Shown here one piece after another: positions 27,361 through 40,942 of a stretch of 64,000 nt of DNA. The stretch spans positions 22,134,001 to 22,198,000 of the forward strand of contig NC_043013.1 in NCBI RefSeq assembly GCF_006345805.1. Reading direction: 5' to 3'. Both the position numbers and the translations under genes were made by a program. The notes under the pieces were generated by a model that saw nothing but the letters and a program-made list of their open reading frames with translations, did not search any database and was not told the origin of the DNA. Each line of letters starts with the position of its first letter. Within the stretch, counting starts at the first letter, position 1. Source of the stretch: Octopus sinensis (taxonomy: Eukaryota).

Positions 27361-27622
27361 CTCTTATGTCACAATCCCCTCTCTTGGTGCTGCCGACACA
27401 GTATTTGGCTGTCTTGAAAATAAGCAAGTCATGGTATATTAATATCTCCTCCGGAAGAAATGGCCATCCAAGACTGTTCACTCTTTCATTCTTCATCTGA
27501 CCCCAATCCCCCCCCCCCCTCATTGACATCCAGTCCGTTTTATTGCCAGAACCATTGCCCCCCTCCTAATAGATACAAATAGGATTTCATATTCTTCCAA
27601 ATATTTTAAATCTTTTCCCTTG

Positions 27623-27740
27623 GAACTCGGCATCTTGGGGTTAGCAGCCCGCGCTCTTAACCATGGGCATATGGCATAGTGGTTAAGAGCACAGGCTACT
27701 AACCCCAAGATGCCGAGTTCAATTCTAGGCAGTGACCTGA
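27623..27740 (+). mobile_element. tRNA-like Pol III head with an inverted 5' duplication
   Basis: Head GGGCATATGGCATAGTGGTTAAGAGC...GAGTTCAATTC has A/B boxes. 27623-27663 is the reverse complement of 27680-27720 (38/41). Confidence 0.75.
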
Positions 27741-27749
27741 ATGATGATG

Positions 27750-27798
<49 letters not shown>

Positions 27799-27850
27799 TA
27801 ACATGGAAAAATATTTTAGGAATGAGAACCCAGGTTCGAAATTTCCCCAA

Positions 27851-27896
27851 GACACCTGATGAAGGCTGGAGGGTATATCAGCTGAAACGTTGTGTT
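27851..27896 (+). ncRNA. Minimal type-I hammerhead ribozyme motif, intact core, sense to LMLN intron
   Basis: GACAC CTGATGA A GGCTG GAGGGTATAT CAGCT GAAA CG TT GTGTT. Stem I GACAC/GTGTT, CUGAUGA, stem II GGCUG/CAGCU, GAAA, palindromic ACGU stem III, GUU triplet. Confidence 0.75.
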
Positions 27897-29260
27897 AACA
27901 ACAAACAAGATGAAGACAAATATCGGTCAAATGTAAATAATGTAAATGATTCCTCATCTCTTAAATATAGAACTGGAGAACTTTCTTCATGCTACACAAA
28001 CTGAAACACTGACTTCTTTTCTTCTCTTCATTTCCATTTATTATTGAATTTTCCTCTTTGTCCCATTTCTTCTTTGGTTTAAAACATTGCTGGTCAGTTT
28101 CCAATTTTATCTTCTTTTGTCTTTCTCCATTTCATACCAAGTCTTCTGATCAGGCTCCACTGACCATTTCACTCCACCAAGACTTGCAAATTTTGGTTCT
28201 AGATCAGAATGTTCATGTTAGAAGCTAAACCTCCATGAAACATCCCCCACTCCCCACCACCACCACCACCACCACCACCACTATCACCACCACCACAGCT
28301 ACAACTGCCTTTACAATAATTGATCACATGTTCAAAGTCTCAGCGCAGCTTATCTTACATTAAATGGCTACAAACAAACAAACAAAAACAAAAAACAAGG
28401 CTTTTTTTAGTCGGCTTCCTCTTCTGTGTCATTAATGGCAAATGTATTTTTAAGCTGGCATATCAAATGTTAATCTCTTCAATAATCCTGTTATTGTAGA
28501 GTTACATAAAAGCATTCATGTATTTCAAAATAACTGAAAGATAAGCATTTTATGTAATGATATTTCAGGGAGTTTTGTTTTTGTTTTTGCTTTGCAAAGT
28601 CCATCATGTGTCATGCAAAAACCTGTGATATGTTCCTGCTGACATGCAGTGACACAGCATTGGTTCACCATTAGTCATCGTTGTCAAGGTCTGTTCAAGT
28701 GAAGCCTACCATCATCACCATCATCACTTACACATCCATCTTCCATGCTGGCATGGGTTGGACTATTTGGCTGGAGCCGGCAATCCAAAGAACTGCACCG
28801 GGTTCTGTCTGTATTAGCATGGCTTTTTATGGCTGGATGCCCTTCCTACTGTTAACCACTTCCCCAGTGTGGACTGGATGAGTTTTATGTGGCACCAACA
28901 CTGGCAGGGTCACCAGGTAATTTGCGAGACAAAGATCCTTGGTGGGGCAGGGTATTGAAGGAGGTGGCCTTGTGCCTAGTGATGAGAGGCTGGAGAAAGT
29001 GGGGGAGGGACAGAAACAGGCGTCTTGCTGTGGGGGAGAGACATGGTTACCCCAAGCAGATGGAGAAAGTGGGAGAGAGTGAGAGTGATCAAGAATGAGT
29101 GAGAGTTAGAGAGTGCAAGCTGGAGCAAAGGTGAGAAATAACAGGTGAGAGATGATGATAATGTGGCAGGGCATACTCTCAAGGGATGGAATGAGAATAT
29201 AAATGAGGGATGTGTATATATGTGTGTGTGTGTATATATATATATGTGTGTGTATACAAA

Positions 29261-29311
<51 letters not shown>

Positions 29312-31824
29312 ATATATCATCATCATCATCGTTTAACGTCTGCTTTCCATGTTGGCATGGGTTGGACGATTTGACTGAGGACTGGCAAACCTGATGGCTG
29401 CACCAGGCTCCAATCTGATCTGGCATATATATGTATATATGTATATATATATATATATATATTTGTAGATATATATATATACATATATATATATGTATGT
29501 ATATATGTATATATATCTATATATATATGTGTGTATATACATATGTATATATATATATGTGTGTGTGTGTGTGCTTTTATATGAAGGTGCATGTCCTGAG
29601 GGTTAGGGCATTGTACTCACAATTGCCAGATCCTGGTTTCAGTTCCCAGACCAACCCATGCATTGTTTCCATTAGCAAAGTACTTCGCTTTATGTTGCTG
29701 CATGTCTCTCAGCCCTAAATGGATTAACCTTATGATGGACCGGCTTTCTGATCACGGCTAATGTTGGCTCGATAAGGTTGGCAGCAAGATTGCATCATCC
29801 GAAAGCTAAAAATGATGCAAAGACAAATAACTAAAACAATCACTCTATGATAGGTTGTTGGCTAAATGTTATGAAATGTCATTTGATGACTTATCCAGAG
29901 GACAAAAAGGCAAAATTGCTGACCCTTCTCGACTGGTGGGAAACAGGGAAGTAGGCTGTCAGTAGACTTTTCCCTAAAGGCACCCATGGACCTGGTAGCT
30001 GCATTAGACTGGGTGAGGGATGAAGTCATTGCACTAAAGAACAGGTGGTTAGGAGACTTGCTTGGCAACCATGTGGTTTTGGAGTTCAGTCCCACTGCAT
30101 GGCACCTTGAGCAAGTGTCTTCTACTATAGCCCTGCTTTGATCAATGTTTTGTGAATGGATTTATATATGGAAACTGTGAGGAAGCCTGTTGTACAAACA
30201 TATATATATGTATGTATGTATGTGTGTGTTTCTGTTTGCCCCCTTTGACAACTGGTGTTGGTTTGTTTTTGTCCCTATAACTTTGTGGTTTTGGCATAAG
30301 AGACTAATAGAACACTAACAGACTTAAAGGAAATAATTACTGGAGTTGATTTGTTCAACGAGTCCCTTCATGGTGGTGCCCCAGCATGGCCACAGTCCAA
30401 TGAGTGACTAAAGATAAAAAGTACAATATATCGAGTGGAAAATTTCATGAAAGTTCTGCTTGTTAACTGAATTGAGTGCTGATCAGAGGATTTCTAGCCA
30501 TGACCCTCCTGTCTTTTTAATAGCACATCATCAATTGGGTCCTTATGATGGGGTTTGGGGAGTAATTTAAAGCAGAGTTTGCTGCTATTTCTATCAAACT
30601 GAGTGACTACATAGAGGCTCGCTCATCTGTTTGCATTCAGTTTTCTAGGTGAAGGTGTTGGCTGCACCATTCCAGATGTCCAAGACATGTCAAAAATGGA
30701 AACAACGTTCATATTTCTTGGTCCTTTGCTGGTCAGCTAGTAGAACCATTACTGGCCAATATGCTTAGTGGCATTTCGTCTCATTTTACATTTCTGAGTT
30801 CAAATACCCCCAAGGTTGACTCTGCCTTTCGTCCTTTTGGGGCTGATAAAATAAGTACCAGTCATATACTGGAGTTGATATAATTAACCCCCGCCCCCAC
30901 CTAAAATTACTGGCCTTGTGCCAAAATTTGGAGCCAATGTTTTTTGGTCCTAAAAAAGTGAAATGGAAGTATTTCTCAGGCGATGTTAGTTGTTACTTCT
31001 GTCTGTATAAGATGCCAGTTCGTTAATGGGAGAGGCTTGCATTTCTTTCTTTTGTCTTTCACCATCTTATTCCAAAGACGGTTTCCAAACACTTATCACT
31101 TTTTATTTATTTCTCTCTATGAATCCATTAAATACACATTCCATGCGATCTTTACATACCAATCAAATAAACGATTCTAATTGAATTTAAATTGTCTAAC
31201 AAATTTTATTATATTTTATCTGTGGTAAGTGTGTTTTATAAATTGACTTTTATTGAAATTAGATAAAAAAAAAACATACCTTAAGATAATGATGAAAGGA
31301 AAAAGAACAACTAGCATTTTTTCTCAAGGAAATTGCTCAACGCTTAATATATTTTTCTGTAAATATATTTTCTCAGTTTCAGAATGTATGTATATGTATG
31401 TGTGTGTGTGTGTGTTGTTTTTTGTTTTTTTTGTGGAAGATGAGTTGTTTGTCAATGTCTGCAGGGCAGTGTTTATGTTCCACACTAAATTAAATTCAGT
31501 TTTAACATCAATGTCTTAAAGTACAATATAAAAATGTATATAAAATTCCCTGTATATTTACTTTAAATTTAAAATAATAATCCTTTCTATTATAGGCACA
31601 AGCCCTGAAGTTTGGGGGAAGGGGGGGGCAGTTGATTAGGTGAACTCCAGTAAGCAGCTGGTACTTAATTTATCAACCCCGAAAGGATGAAAGGCAAAGT
31701 TAACCTCAGTGGGATTTGAACTCAGAATGTAAAGACAGATGAAATACCACTAAGCATTTTGTCCAGCGTGCTAACGTTTCTGCCAGCTTGTCACCCTATA
31801 ATAATAATAATAATAATGATAATA

Positions 31825-31884
<60 letters not shown>

Positions 31885-32920
31885 GAAGAAGAATATAATA
31901 TCTGATGAAAATATTTTTTTAAAAATTGGATGCTGACTAAAATAGCAATGTTTATGCTGTCTCTATTCTGTTGTTGTTATTGATATTGTCGTTGCGGGAG
32001 CATTGTGGATGGATAATGTCTTGTCCAGGAACTTACTGTTCTGAGATGACATCTTGGCTGGGCTGACTTCATCCGCCATTCTTTTGGTGCCTGTTGTTAT
32101 CAGGTGTCATGATATCCTGAGAATAGTTTAATCAGTTTGTTGCCTAACAAAAGCAAAAAGGTAAAGTCCCTGATATCCCTAATACATACCTGGACAAAGC
32201 AGTAACAATGGATCGACAGAATCAATAGGACATTGAATATAATTCCTTTTGATATTTAGTTACATTCCTTTACATTCTGAGTTCAATTCCTGCTAGGGTT
32301 GACTTTATCATTCATCGTTGTAGAGGCCAAAGAAATAAGCCTCTTTCAAGTACTCAATGTAATCCAGTTGACTGAACCTCATGCTTCAAACTAAAAGCAA
32401 AGAGAAAGAAAATTGTGGCTTTGTTCTTCTATCATCATCATCATGGCGAGATGGCAGAATCATTAGCATGTTGGACAGAATTTCCAGTGGCATGTCTTCG
32501 GCTCTTTACATTCTGAGTTCGAATCCTGCTGAGGTCAACTTTATCTTTTGTCTTTTCAGGGTTGATAAAATAAAGTACCAGTCAAGAATTGGGGTCCAGA
32601 TAATTAACTTGCCTCTTCCCCCTAAAAATTGCTGGCCTTGTGCCTAAATTTGAAGCAAGGTGTTGTGATACAGTAGAATGTTTCCATATGCTGTATCTAC
32701 ATTCCAGTTTCAATCCATAGTTACACCTATTTACTACTCAAAGTTGGAACAGTCATGGATGGAATGACTTTGATCATAAGACTGCTTGATCATGGCTTAT
32801 CTAGGATTAAACCACAACAGTACCATGTAATTGTTATTTTTTTTTCTTGAAACCCTTTCATGGCTATATTTCTGATATGGGTTTGATTATTTACAAATAT
32901 TTATCAAAGCAATTTAGAAT

Positions 32921-33278
32921 TAACACGAGCACTCAGAGAGTGCAAACCTCTGCCAAGGCAACACCAATGGCCTCTGAACAATTAACCAGAAGAGATTTTC
33001 AAAATGAGAATATCTGAAATAAACTCGATTGCTCTCACAAACAAGAATACTAAAAATGAACCCAACTGTTCTCAAAAACTAAGTAAAAACAAAACTGGAA
33101 AAATAATCCAGAATCCTTGTCTGGTACTGGATTGATCCCAAAATCTAATCAGTTTGTGCCAAACATACCTGAAAATTACATCCGAATCCATCCAGCTGTT
33201 CTTGAGATATCTTGTCCATAGACAAACAAACAAGCAAACACGACTGAAAACAATATCTCTTTGCTAAAACGGAGGTAA
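32921..33278 (-). mobile_element. Helentron-associated / DINE-like non-autonomous element
   Basis: Minus strand starts TTACCTCCG, has a (GTTT)n tract and a subterminal inverted GGCAGAGGT, and ends with the hairpin GCACTC-TCT-GAGTGC. Confidence 0.6.
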
Positions 33279-33401
33279 ATATCCAATCCCAGAAAAAGAG
33301 TCAAACTCTTGACTCTCGTCCCAGTAATTCAATAATACCTAACCCGCTTGGCCATTGTTTTTCCTCAGCCAATAATCTATAATTCCTCTGTTTTATTCCA
33401 G

Positions 33402-33513
33402 GAAATGCAAATCAGGGAAGGTAGGCTACGAAAACCAAACACTATTTTGCAGAGGAGAATGTGACAAAAAAACCATCTGTGGTGACATCACCATACCTGA
33501 GGAACACCTGGAG
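33402..33513 (+). CDS. LMLN: LMLN internal coding exon C
   Basis: ttttattccag|G...GAG|gtaata; 112 nt, phase 2-0. KCKSGKVGYENQTLFCRGECDKKTICGDITIPEEHLE, with the LMLN C.GEC....CG...PEEHL pattern. Confidence 0.9.
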
Positions 33514-34754
33514 GTAATAATCACTGCTTTACTTTATACTTACTCTATCTTACACTTTGTGGGAGTAAAAGGAATTTTATTTATTCATTTTTTTTCCTTT
33601 TAATACTCTCTTCCTCTTTCTTCCTCTCTTTAATTCTCTCCTGTTGTATTAATTAATTAACTGATTGGCTTGGGTCTAAATCTCTCAGTGGTGGTTAATT
33701 AAATGTTTAACTTTCCAGACTATTAGCATCATCTTTAGATATGTTCATTCATAAGGTTGGCCTGCGATAAGAGCATTACTATCCTTAGTTTAGAGATAAA
33801 GGTTCCTTGTTCAAATCCAGTTTGGTATTATGTATATATCTAGGAATAAAACCTCTGATGATAATTGGAGATCAGACCGGTCAGTGCATAGTCATCCTCT
33901 TCATTTGATGTCCACTTTTCCATGCTTGCAGATTTTCTGTGGCTGGATGCCCTTTCTGTCCCCAACCCTCACCTGTTTCCAAGGGAAGTAACATTTACCC
34001 ATGGCCAGACATGTTTTTACTGACTATTGGAAATGAAAGACACTGCTTGTATGACAGTGATATTCATTTACAGCTATCACAATATACTAAGACAAGAACA
34101 CACACACACACAAGCACACATGCATGCATACACAAACACGCACACACACACACACACACAACACATGCATGCACACACACAAACACACACGCATGCATGC
34201 ACACACACATACACATCCACAAACACATGCACACACACAAACACACATGCATGCACACACACACACACACCACACACTTCTACACGGTTTCTATTTACCA
34301 GATCCCCTCACAAAGCTTTGGTCAACCTGGGACTGTGGTAGAGGATGCTTGCTCAAGGTGGTAAGCAGTGGGACTGAATCTGAAACCATGTGGTTGGGAA
34401 GCAACTTTCTTAACCACACAGGACTTGATGGGGATGCTGGCGTGGGTGAATGGAACGCAGTTGTATGGGCAGGTGTTGAGGAAACAGCTAGGTTTCTTTC
34501 TCTTGCATTTTACAAAGTTCAGCCTAAACAAATTAATGTGTGAAAGACAAGATAGGAATTTGGAAAGAAGTTTCTAAAAAGATTTCTAAACATTGAAATA
34601 GTAATCAAAGGGGTCCATAGACAGAAAAATGGTTGAGGACCCCTGGTTTAAAGACTTCTTGGTAGGGTCTCGTCTGATTTTAGGACACATTTGTTATAAA
34701 TATTATACAATGTCTTTGATGAATAATTTTTGATGAAATATTTTTTGTTTGCAG

Positions 34755-34921
34755 ACATGTTTTTGTGTTGATTGTGATGAAAGCAGCAAAGGTACAAGAG
34801 GGCCTGGGGTCAGCAATGCTGACTTCATCCTTTACGTAGCCACACTCTCTTCAGAACGTTGTCGCCATGGGAACACAGTTGCCTATGCAGCTTACTGCCA
34901 ACAAGAAAGAGCTCTCGACAG
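34755..34921 (+). CDS. LMLN: LMLN internal coding exon D
   Basis: tttgcag|ACA...AG|gtaagg; 167 nt, phase 0-2. [55 protein letters not shown](R); the ADF.LYV and [10 protein letters not shown] motifs are typical of family M8. Confidence 0.94.
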
Positions 34922-36278
34922 GTAAGGAATGGAATCCCTTCCACATCAACCTCACTTCACACTAATGCCATAAAAGCAAGCAACAACACAAAACACCAAC
35001 CCTTCAATCAGAAACACTTTTCTTTAGTTCTTTCTTCTTCTTCTTCTTCTTCTTCTTTTTTTCCCTTTCATCATTGATTCTCTCTCCTTCCTCTTTTTCT
35101 TCCCTCTGTCTACTTTCCCTTCCCTCCTCCTCCTGTCTTGTCTCTTTATTTCTTTCTCCTCCTCCTTTCACTCCCTCTTTTTTCCCCTCTCGCCCTCATT
35201 ATTGTCCACATTTTTTGTTGTCACTTCTCTCTCTCTCTCTCTCTCTCTCATATTTGTTCCTTTTTCTCTATAATTTACAAACTCTCTTCAAAATGCCACA
35301 ATGAATATTTCTAAAGCAGAATATCGCAACATCTGCTCACATAATTAGAAAAAAAATCCTTTAATTATTTCAAGAGCAATTTAATTAGGAAATAAAAAAA
35401 AAAAAAAGACTAAATGAAATTAGGGAGGAAAGAAATCTGTTAATTGTGAATTGTTAAACTGGATAACAGGACTTTATCCAGATCTTTGGAACAAACTTGC
35501 AATTCTATAAAAACACGTAACTGGCCGATTTATTGTTCTTAGGTAGAAGTTAGACGTTGTCGCTTTTTCCTTTTGTCTTGTTTTCAAACATTCTTAGAAA
35601 TGTCACTGCAGTTCTGTCTATCAATGTTCTCCCTACCTCTCTCTCTCTCTCTTCCTCTCTCCTTCTCTCTCTCTCTCTCTTCCTCTCTACCTCTCTCTCT
35701 CTTTTTCTCTCTATCTCTCTCCCTCTTCCTTTCACCCTCTCTCTCTCTTTTTCTCTCTCTCTACCTCTCTCCCTCTTCCTCTCTCCCTCTCTCTGTCTAT
35801 CCTTGTATGTTCGTCTATCAATTAGTGTCTCTCTCTAGCAATCTGCATCTGTCTATCATCTTGTATATATCTGTCTGTCATTCTGTGTCTATCCCTCTAT
35901 CACTGTGTCAGCTGTTATTGTGTGTGTGTGTGTGTGTCTCTCTCTAACCCATAGTGTGTCTGTCTATCACTCATAGTGTGTCTGTCTATCAGTGTGTTTA
36001 TCCCTCTATTATTCTCTGTATCTCTCTCTCTCTCTATCACTGTACATCTCTCCCCACCACTCTGTCCATCATTTTTTAAAGTCTGTCTAGCTTTTTGCTT
36101 GTCTCTAATCCTAACCTCCAAAGTCTCTATTATCCAGTCTCTAATTATCTAGCATTACATCAGTCATATCTGCCTGCTTGCCTGTCTGTCTGTCTTTCTT
36201 TCTTTCTTTCCTTCTTTTCTTTTCTTTCTTCCTTTCTTATTATTTTGTAAATTATATTTTCATAAATCCTCTCTCTAG

Positions 36279-36384
36279 GCCCGTTGCTGGATATTTTAGT
36301 ATCTGTCCATATTTCCTATCAACAAGTCCACAGCAAACCAAACAGCTTTTGTCGACTATTAAACACGAAATCCTTCATGCATTG
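36279..36384 (+). CDS. LMLN: LMLN internal coding exon E with catalytic HExxH
   Basis: ctctctctag|G...TTG|gtaagt; 106 nt, phase 2-0. PVAGYFSICPYFLSTSPQQTKQLLSTIKHEILHAL; HEILH at 36364-36378. Confidence 0.95.
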
Positions 36385-36455
36385 GTAAGTATCGGTTTAT
36401 TGACAATTTTGCTAACTACCAGTAGTCCTCTCTATTTCAGCATATTTGTATGTAA

Positions 36456-36945
36456 ATATATATATATATATATATGGTCTTTGTCTACTCCTTATGTAGA
36501 GTTTGACCCCCTCATGTACCTACATCTTACAACCATCATGGCATCTGATGTGGCTTTTTAAACCAGACAATGTTCTGAAAAGACACCCACATAGGTTGCA
36601 CCTCTGATTTGGACCACCAGGAGTTACAGTTAAGTTCTGATCTTTGTGAATCTTAAAATGTCTTTTGAGGCCTCCATTAGATTTGCAAACCTTCTGGCAT
36701 ACACAGCATTCAAAAGTGTGCACAGACATATAGTCAGAATAGTTGGTGGAATTTCGTTTTCCATGCGTTCGCAGATGAGTTTTAAGGCCAGCCAAAGACA
36801 GGCATGGTCTGTCACAGATTGTGCACACAAAAAAGGCCATTGTCATTCACCTTCTTGATTGTTTCAGTCTTCCTTAGATCTCTTTTGAGTCTTACTTGCA
36901 TTATCCTGGCCTCTTCCAATATTTTCACTCCACATTTAGAGCGTT
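36456..36945 (-). mobile_element. RTE-clade LINE 3' end encoding three C2H2 zinc fingers
   Basis: GVKILEEARIMQVRLKRDLRK (frameshift) then CTICDRPCLSLAGLKTHLRTH, CCVCQKVCKSNGGLKRHFKIH, CNLCGCLFRTLSGLKSHIRCH; stop, short 3' UTR, (TA)n tail. Second copy at 43572-43937. Confidence 0.8.
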
Positions 36946-37827
36946 GGCCTGAATACTTTGTGGGAGCCATATATATAAAAATATAATTAAGATACCATTA
37001 AATTAGGTACTTAAATTGAGGAACAATTCTGCCTCAGATATTACAAAAGAAACAATGTTAATATTTTTTATGTGCCACCAGCACGGAGGCCAGCTTGTTG
37101 CTCTGTCAACGATCACGCTTGTATGGTACTTTTAGTGCTCCACTAACATGGATGCCAGTCATTGAATTTGATTTCGATTCCGATTCACTTGCCTCAACAG
37201 GTCTTCGCAAGCAGAGTTTAGTGTCCAGTGAAGGAAAGGTACGCCTAAGTGGGCTGGTTACACCCCTGGCATAGGCCACAAGGTTATGGTCTCACTTGAG
37301 TTTGCCGAGTCTTCTCAAGCACAGCATATTTCCTAAGGTCCTGATCACTAGTCATTGCCTCAGTGAGGCCCATGTTCAAAGGTCATGCTTCATCACCTCA
37401 TCCCAGATCTTCCTGGGTCTACCCCTTCCACAGATTTCCTCAACCATTAGGGTGTGGCACTTTTTCACACAGCTATCCACATCCATTTTCGCCACATGGC
37501 CATACCAGCGCAGTCGTCTCTTACACACCACATCTGATGCTTCTTAGGTCCAACTTTTCTCTCAAGGTGCTAACACTCTGTTGAGTATGCACACTGACAT
37601 TACACATCCATCGGAGCAAGCTGGCACGTAAAAGCACCCACTACACTCTCGGAGTGGTTGGCATTAGGAAGGGCATCCAGCTGTAGAAACTCTGCCAGAT
37701 CAAAATTGGAGCCTGGTGCAGCCATCTGGTTCACCAGCCCTCAGTCAAATTGTCCAACCCATGCTAGCATGGTTAGCGGACCTTAAACGATAATGATGAT
37801 GATGATATATATATACATGTCTATAAA

Positions 37828-37869
<42 letters not shown>

Positions 37870-38393
37870 CATGTATACATATACATGTGTGTGTGTGTGT
37901 ATTAGCTATTAGCAACAAAAGTAGTCTTCATAATGAATATTCATTTGCTCATCTAACTTAACTTGTTTTCAATGCTGTAAGCTGCAATGTATGTATATAT
38001 GTGCATATATGCATATATACATGTATATATGTATGTATGTACAGATGGATGAATGTGTGTGTGTATGTGTATGTGAGTTGCCCCTCATGTTTGCTGGTTT
38101 GTAAACAATGGCTTCTTGCTGGTACCAATGATCTGCAGTCCAGCACTAAAGTGATTCTCACATGGGGTTCTTGACATGTTGTGCAATCTCTCTAAACAAA
38201 ACAGTCCTTAGATGGTCCTCTTTGTTTCTAGTTCACTGCATGAAACATGTCTGGGCAGTTGTTTGGTAGACAGGGAGATTATTACCTCCCTTGGAAACAA
38301 GCAGGGGTTGGTGATAGGAAAGGCATCCAGGCATTAAAATGTGGATGATGGTGATGATGATGATGACGATGATGATGGGGCATCCAATCTTAA

Positions 38394-38612
38394 GTGTTTA
38401 GCATTTAATCTGACTATATCCAGCCAAAACATTCTACTTGTTTTACGTGCAAACTGGCCATATGTGACCTCTCATGCCTAACCTACAATGTTGTGTAAAA
38501 ATAAACAGTCACATCACTAAAATCTTGAAGCCATGAGATAATGCTTGAAAAATTCGAAACAGTTTGAATAAATAAGCCTTATATCTCATGGGATAACCTG
38601 GATGCTAAATGG
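38394..38612. mobile_element. Degenerate piggyBac-type MITE
   Basis: TTAA flanks; TTTAGCATT / GATGCTAAA subterminal inverted match; terminal CCC eroded. Confidence 0.45.
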
Positions 38613-39254
38613 TTAAAAGACTGCTTCAAAGAGTCCTGTTACACTTGTCAAACCTATTCTGGCATCGAAGAACAGACATAAAACAATGATAACGAAGATG
38701 ATGATATAACCTGGATGTAATTGAATATGGCACTTCTTTGTTTTGATGCATGAAGATTCTTGGCTGTAAGAGTAACTGTTGGGGTTCTTTAAAAAAAAAA
38801 GAAGAAACAGTTTGATCCTTCTTGATAATCCCAGAGACTTTTATAACATTTTTTTGTTGTTGTTGTTTTCATGGTTTTCTACTTCCATTCTTCACCAAAC
38901 TATTCTCTTGCCCCTTATTTCTCTTCCTTACTCATCTCTCATCCTTTACTATTTCTCTCTTTATCCATCGAATCCCAGTTATAATCTTCTCCTTTTCCTT
39001 TCTAGTTTTCTCTTACTCTGGTTTTATGGATGTCATTTTCTATGGTTTAAGCACATTCACTAATCCGTCTGATGTTTGGGAAATTTCCTTTTTTCTACCA
39101 ATAATAAATGTGTTGCCAATACAAAACCCTGCTATGCATCTCCTCTCCTAATGCTTTCACCACCAGAACACTTGGGCTGGTGTCATCAAAACATTTACGG
39201 GTGTTCAAATTAAATTTAATGTTGACTATCATCATCATCATCATCATTATTTTA

Positions 39255-39291
<37 letters not shown>

Positions 39292-39644
39292 TGTGTGTGT
39301 GTGCACGCATGTGATGCTTGAGGTCTCAGCACTGCTTCTACTGGTTATGAAGTTTGTCCATTGAGAAGTTGTTTCTGTTTCATAGCATTCACCATGATTA
39401 TGATAGCTTTGAGAATATGAACAAAACAGAAAAGAATAAAATATTTTGAATTGATTAGAGAACTAAAAAGAAAACAAAAAAAAAACATCTCTGAGCATGA
39501 GAGTGAAAATTACTCCTGTTGTTGTTTGAGGAACTGAAACAAAACAGCTGTCAAAGAGAGTCAAAAAGAAATTAATAAATATATATTAATTAATTAATTT
39601 ATTTATTTATTTATTCATATATATATGTGTGTGTGTATGTATAA

Positions 39645-40122
39645 TATCGATGCCAGCGCCACCCCGACTGGCTTCTGTGCCAGTGGCACATAAAAAGCAC
39701 CATCTGAACGTGGCCAATGCCAGCCCCGCCTCGACTGGCTCCTTTGCCGGTGGCACATAAAAAGCACCATCCGAACGTGGCCGATGCCAGCACCGCCCCG
39801 ACTGGCTTCTGTGCCAGTGGCACATAAAAAGCACCATCAGAACGTGGCCGTTGCCAGCTCCGCCTTAGCTGGCTTCCGTGCCAGTGGCACATTAAAAGCT
39901 CCAACCGATCGTGGCCGATGCCGGATCCTCCTGGCACCTGTGCAGGTGGCACGTAAAAAGCACCCACTACACTCGCGGAGTGGTTGGCGTTAGGAAGGGC
40001 ATCCAGCTGTAGAAACTCTGCCAGATCAGACTGGAGCAGCCCCTGGCTTCAGCCCCGGTCGAACCGTCCAACCCGTGCTAGCGCGGAAAACGGACGTGAT
40101 GATGATGATGATGATGATGATG
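39645..40122 (+). mobile_element. Family 2 element with about 5 tandem ~62-bp GC-rich units and (GAT)n tail
   Basis: Repeated CTGGCTTCTGTGCCAGTGGCACATAAAAAGCACCATC.GAACGTGGCC; CpG-rich young copy. Confidence 0.85.
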
Positions 40123-40784
40123 ATATATATAATTTCAATATGGAGCAAATAATTCATGAGAAAAAAAAAATTCATGAAAAATGAATTTACAAAGAGATCA
40201 TTGACTCTTTTATTATCTAGTGTAACAATTTAAAAATGATAATAACAGAATCAATAATATAGGTGATTGCAGGCCCCCAAAAGAGAATTAAATAGCTGAA
40301 GGATTAAAATTAATCAAAGGACATACTAAGTATCTCTACCTGCTTGAAATAACAATCAAAACTCTTATTTAAATCACCAATATATATATATATATAGTGA
40401 GATAACAGGGTAATGATGTTAATAGGAAAGGTTAGGAAGGTAAAGGAAGAGGGTGAAATAGAATAAAATTAAATGAAAAGCAGCAGAGTAGAAGGAAGTC
40501 TGAGGAGGTTTAATTTTCTGCAGTAGTTTTGTGGATATAAATGTTATAAAGGCTCATGGATGTAAATTTATGGGGAGGGGACTAGTCAATTACACATCAA
40601 CCCCAGTGTTTCACTGGTACTTAATTTATCGACCCCGAAAGGAGTAAAAGCAAAGTTGACCTCAGCAGAATTTGAATTCAGTTCAGAATGTAGTGACAGA
40701 CAAAATACTGCTTAGTATTGCGTCCAGCATACTACAATTCTGCCAGCTTGATGCCTTAATAATAATAATAATAATAATAATAAC

Positions 40785-40818
<34 letters not shown>

Positions 40819-40942
40819 GTAGTAGTAGAGTAGTAGTTGTAGTAGTAGTAGTAGTTGTTGTTGTTGTTGTTGTTGTTGTTTCTGCTGCTGTTGTTGTTGT
40901 TGTTGTAATGATTATAATAATAATAAGAAGAAGACAATATTT

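Noticed and set aside
27093-27529. Poly-Leu / poly-Ser ORFs
   Set aside because: Built on a (CTA)n tract; no recognisable domain or exon boundaries.
27665-27735. Functional tRNA gene
   Set aside because: A/B boxes and an anticodon-like arm are present, but there is no good acceptor stem or T-run terminator; it behaves as a SINE-type head.
36520-36846. Nested host C2H2 zinc-finger gene
   Set aside because: Upstream frameshifted RTE-like sequence, retro-tail and a second decayed copy point to a LINE fragment.
39645-39960. CRISPR-like array of palindromic repeats (also 14075-14335 and 12636-12930)
   Set aside because: Units are whole tandem repeats without unique spacers; eukaryotic intron with no cas genes.
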